A stretch of DNA of 46,930 bases, taken from positions 1 through 46,930 of the forward strand of contig PUNW01000392.1 of assembly GCA_003552665.1 (NCBI GenBank), given 5' to 3'. Source of the DNA: Spirochaetaceae bacterium. Lineage in GTDB: Bacteria; Spirochaetota; Spirochaetia; DSM-27196; SLAA01. How positions within the stretch are numbered: position 1 is the first letter of the stretch; each line of letters begins with the position of its first letter. This document shows positions 44,104 through 46,930 of the stretch, piece by piece. Under the pieces are notes generated by a model that worked only from the letters and a program-made list of their open reading frames with translations, was not told where the DNA came from and searched no databases. The position numbers were made by a program, and so were the translations under genes.

Positions 44104-44231
44104 GTGCGCATCTCCTTATTCAGCCCTATGGCCGTATGGTGAGAGAGCAGCAGCTCATTTCGAGCCCTGCCGATCCCCAAAGCTTACGGCAGCAGCGGTC
44201 TGCGCGATACCGGGCGCCTGGCGCTTCGGCC

Positions 44232-44261
44232 CTGAGGAGATGCCGTCTGAGGAGATGCCGT
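44232..44261. repeat. Perfect 15-bp tandem duplication (CTGAGGAGATGCCGT x2)
   Basis: The units are at 44232-44246 and 44247-44261. They are flanked by GCGCTTcGGCC and GCGCTTACGGCC, in the intergenic region upstream of the PilZ multidomain ORF. Confidence 0.9.
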
Positions 44262-44342
44262 GCGCTTACGGCCGTGTTTGTTTGGGTGCTGTTGACCTGA
44301 GTAATCGAACGCATACAATTAAGAACGGGGGACAGCCTAATT

Positions 44343-46930
44343 ATGCGCAGACATGCCAGGATCAGACACCGGGGCTGGGTGGAGTGCGAAACCGGAGACG
44401 GGGTCTACCACGGTAGAGGGGTAGATATCAGCAGCTCAGGCATGCGGCTTGAACTGCCGGACGATGTGGCGCCGCAATCGGTGCGCTTCACCTTACCGGG
44501 AAGCGACCGGTGGCTCAGAATCCCGGTGCGGCCGGTGCGGACCGTCGATTCCGAGAACGAGCGCCGGGTTCAGACAGCGCTCGAGTTCGATTACCACAGC
44601 GAGCTCGATCGCCTCCAGGTCATGGAGTTCGTCCGTGAAGCCTTCTCAGGACGCAACCAACCGGACGCAGCGCGTGACACCCGCAAGTTGCCGCGGGTAG
44701 ATTGCCGCATCGTCGATGTGCAATGTGATCGCCCGGGACTGCAGATCGAATGTATCGACAACATCTCGACCGACGGATTGCAGCTGCGCTTTGCCGGCAG
44801 GTTGCAGGCCGACGAAGCGCTCAGGCTGCGGTTTTGGTTTCCGGGGGACCGGCGGCCGGTCTCGGTGGAAACCGAGGTGATGCATATTCAGACCGAGCGG
44901 TTCGCCGAGTTCTCGGTGGCCGGCCTCGGTATCGTGCAGATCGAGGAGATCGACGCGGCTCGGTTGCGCAACTTCATCGTAGCGCAGAGCTCCGGAACCG
45001 CCCTGCGCTCGGTATTTGAACGTATGGCTCAGCGCACCGAGGGCGCGGACGAGGACGAGTACGCCGTCCCTCCTCACGAGGCTGAAACGCTGCTGCGAAG
45101 TGCCGCCGAACAGGGCGTCGCGGTGCAGCTGATGCTCGACCGGGCGGGCCGTGTCGGGCACACCGAGCTCCTTGCAGCAGGTGAGACGCTGCGGATGAGC
45201 CGGAACGGTTTCGGTGAGCGAGATTCCGCTGCTCCGGGGGCGGTAGCCTACGCAGGGTTGAGCGTTTGCGGCGACAGCGTTTTCTTTCGAAGCACGATCC
45301 GTTCGATTGCTGACGACTATCTGGAGCTGGAATGGCCGCGGGAGATCTACCGGTCGGAGAAACGCGCCGCCGGTCGAGAGGTAAGGCGTGACGACCGGGT
45401 TCATGTGCGCGTTGAGTTCGACCGCCTGCCGGGCCGCACCTTCACCGGACGGGTGCTGGATCTCAGCCGGCGTGGTCTCCGGTGCACGTTCTACTGCGAT
45501 ACCTTTCCGAGCGCTCTATTAGAGGTCGGTGCCGGGCTTCGATTCGACGTAGGCGAGGGGCCGCGGCACGGCGAGTTGCGGCACATCAGCGTTGAGGCGG
45601 TCTCGGAGGGGGTCTCTGTAACGGTCGGCATCGAGACCGACGTAGAGCGCGGAGAGCCTCACATTCAGGCTATTGACCCTGAGACATGGGAGCAGCTGAA
45701 GAGCTCGGGAAAGACAGCCCGTTTGGGCGCCGCTGCGGTCTCAACACCGGTCACCTTCCATGATGCGGCCGGACGGCCGATACGGGCGCTGATCAACGCA
45801 ACGCGCGAGGGCTGTAGCGCCCCGGTGGTCGTTTTGCCGCCGGCGTTTGGGAAGAAGAAGGAGGCATTGGCGCCGCTGGCTGCAGTCCTGATCGCAACCT
45901 TCGTGCGGCACGGGCAGGACTTGATCACGATTCGTTACGACGGCGTTGATCGCCCGGGTGAGAGCTATTCCAGTGTTGAGGCGGTACAGCGCGGCTACGA
46001 CATGCTGCGGTTTAGCATATCGCAAAGTCTCGAAGACCTGCGAGCGACGCTCAGGTTCATTGAATCAACCGACCTGTTCACCGCGCGCGGAGTTGTCCCG
46101 GTGACCTTCAGCATGGCGGCCCTGGAGGGCCGCAAGATCGCACTGGAACCGGGGGTGAGCGTCAATATTCTGGCGTGGGCGAGCGTGATGGGGGTGGCTG
46201 CCGGACAACCGGCGCTCGTCAACACGCTCGGGGGAATAGATCCGGTCGGCAATTTCAAACTGGGGGTTCCCAACGGCATCTGCGGGCTGCTGGGTCACTT
46301 GGTCGATCTGGACGTCATCGCCGAAGATCTGGTTGAACACGGATATGCCGGCAGATCGGATGCGCGCGCCGATATGGCGGGTATCGATATCCCTGTGCTC
46401 TGGATCTACGGCGAGCATGACAAATGGGTTACCGCCGACGATGTTATCGATATCATGAGCATCGCCGCCCCGGCCGAGCGCGAGCTTGTTCGCGTCCCGG
46501 CCGGGCACAACCTGCGCACCAGCGATGATGCCATCGCGACCTTCTCATTGATTGCTGAGTGGCTGTTTGCGAAAGTTCACAGGCGGGAGGTTCAGGCCGT
46601 ACGCCCGGAGCGCGAAGAGCTGCTCGAGATCGTCACCCGCGAACGGGAACGGCTGGAGCGCCGCGAAGACCTCAACGCCGACACCTACTGGGAGCGGTAT
46701 CTCATTGGTGCCGGAGACAGCGGCAGTGGCTATGACGTCTATCGTAATATCGGCGCCTTTCGAGCGTTTCTCGACCGTCAGGTAGTGTTAGCGGCAGTGA
46801 AGCCCGGTGCCCGTGTTGCCGATATCGGCTGCGGCACGGGACTCTTTCTCGAGCGCCTGCTGGTGGACCTGAAAGACCGAATGAGCGACGGGCCGGCGGT
46901 GGAGGTGACTGCGGTTGACCTCGTACCCAA
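44343..46930 (+). CDS. Multidomain protein: three PilZ domains plus an alpha/beta-hydrolase-like domain plus a SAM-dependent methyltransferase domain; 3' end outside the window
   Basis: The frame is open from ATG 44343 to the window edge. I checked codon by codon to about 45420 and read by eye after that. It is absent from the track because it is edge-truncated. PilZ signatures are RRHAR...DISSSG, RKLPR...DNISTDG and RRDDR...DLSRRG. The hydrolase-like part reads VVVLPPAFGKKK...TFSMAA...GEHDKWV...AGHNL. The MTase motif I, VADIGCGTG, is at 46815-46841. Confidence 0.75.
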   Translation, partial: MRRHARIRHRGWVECETGDGVYHGRGVDISSSGMRLELPDDVAPQSVRFTLPGSDRWLRIPVRPVRTVDSENERRVQTALEFDYHSELDRLQVMEFVREAFSGRNQPDAARDTRKLPRVDCRIVDVQCDRPGLQIECIDNISTDGLQLRFAGRLQADEALRLRFWFPGDRRPVSVETEVMHIQTERFAEFSVAGLGIVQIEEIDAARLRNFIVAQSSGTALRSVFERMAQRTEGADEDEYAVPPHEAETLLRSAAEQGVAVQLMLDRAGRVGHTELLAAGETLRMSRNGFGERDSAAPGAVAYAGLSVCGDSVFFRSTIRSIADDYLELEWPREIYRSEKRAAGREVRRDDRVHVRVEFDRLPGRTFTGRVLDLSRRGLRCTFYCDTFPSALLEVGAGLRFDVGEGPRHGELRHISVEAVSEGVSVTVGIETDVERGEPHIQAIDPETWEQLKSSGKTARLGAAAVSTPVTFHDAAGRPIRALINATREGCSAPVVVLPPAFGKKKEALAPLAAVLIATFVRHGQDLITIRYDGVDRPGESYSSVEAVQRGYDMLRFSISQSLEDLRATLRFIESTDLFTARGVVPVTFSMAALEGRKIALEPGVSVNILAWASVMGVAAGQPALVNTLGGIDPVGNFKLGVPNGICGLLGHLVDLDVIAEDLVEHGYAGRSDARADMAGIDIPVLWIYGEHDKWVTADDVIDIMSIAAPAERELVRVPAGHNLRTSDDAIATFSLIAEWLFAKVHRREVQAVRPEREELLEIVTRERERLERREDLNADTYWERYLIGAGDSGSGYDVYRNIGAFRAFLDRQVVLAAVKPGARVADIGCGTGLFLERLLVDLKDRMSDGPAVEVTAVDLVP

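Noticed and set aside
1-46930. Search for CRISPR arrays, tRNA/rRNA genes, IS elements, prophage or defence-system genes
   Set aside because: I saw no regularly spaced direct repeats, no cloverleaf-like or rRNA-like conserved stretches, and no transposase, integrase, nuclease or ATPase defence signatures in any frame that I could recognise by eye.

Overview
This is a GC-rich, densely coding bacterial chromosomal segment. It has strong GGAGG-type ribosome-binding sites and many 4-nt start/stop overlaps. I saw no rRNA, tRNA, CRISPR array, or recognisable transposase or integrase.

(i) 1-18.5 kb is a catabolic island. It holds an edge-truncated MFS transporter, a BtpA/SgcQ-family protein, and a decayed DeoR copy facing an intact DeoR regulator. 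Next come a five-gene Liv/HAAT-type ABC importer, a xylose-isomerase-like TIM-barrel enzyme, and a LarA-like racemase coupled to a D-2-hydroxyacid dehydrogenase. The island ends with ribulose-phosphate 3-epimerase, an M42 peptidase, a split transketolase, a FAH-family enzyme and an M20 deacylase. The BtpA + Rpe + M42 + DeoR combination echoes the functionally unassigned E. coli sgc operon.

(ii) A cardiolipin synthase follows.

(iii) 20.3-25.3 kb is a thiamine salvage operon controlled by a TPP riboswitch and terminator. It encodes a ThiE-ThiM fusion, ThiW, a fused EcfA-EcfA' and EcfT.

(iv) 25.3-40.4 kb is a copper/heme island and the most unusual part of the window. One minus-strand operon encodes a multicopper oxidase, a CuA subunit II and a B-family-like heme-copper oxidase subunit I. 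It continues with a small 2-TM protein, a His-rich exported protein and a CopC-CopD fusion. In my manual alignment, two canonical metal-ligand histidines of subunit I are tyrosines. A lipoprotein cupredoxin with a His-rich insert and an SCO1/SenC homologue are transcribed divergently. A second minus-strand operon encodes hemA, a small membrane protein, a DOMON lipoprotein, heme O synthase and a fused MFS/spermidine-synthase-like protein. The two operons share a near-identical AT-rich 21-24 bp element upstream of their first genes.

(v) 40.8-46.9 kb holds a ROK regulator convergent with a NagA-like deacetylase. It also holds a decayed NAD-epimerase gene and an edge-truncated ORF fusing three PilZ domains to an alpha/beta-hydrolase and a SAM-methyltransferase domain.

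All family assignments come from reading the translations and motifs by eye. No database search was run.
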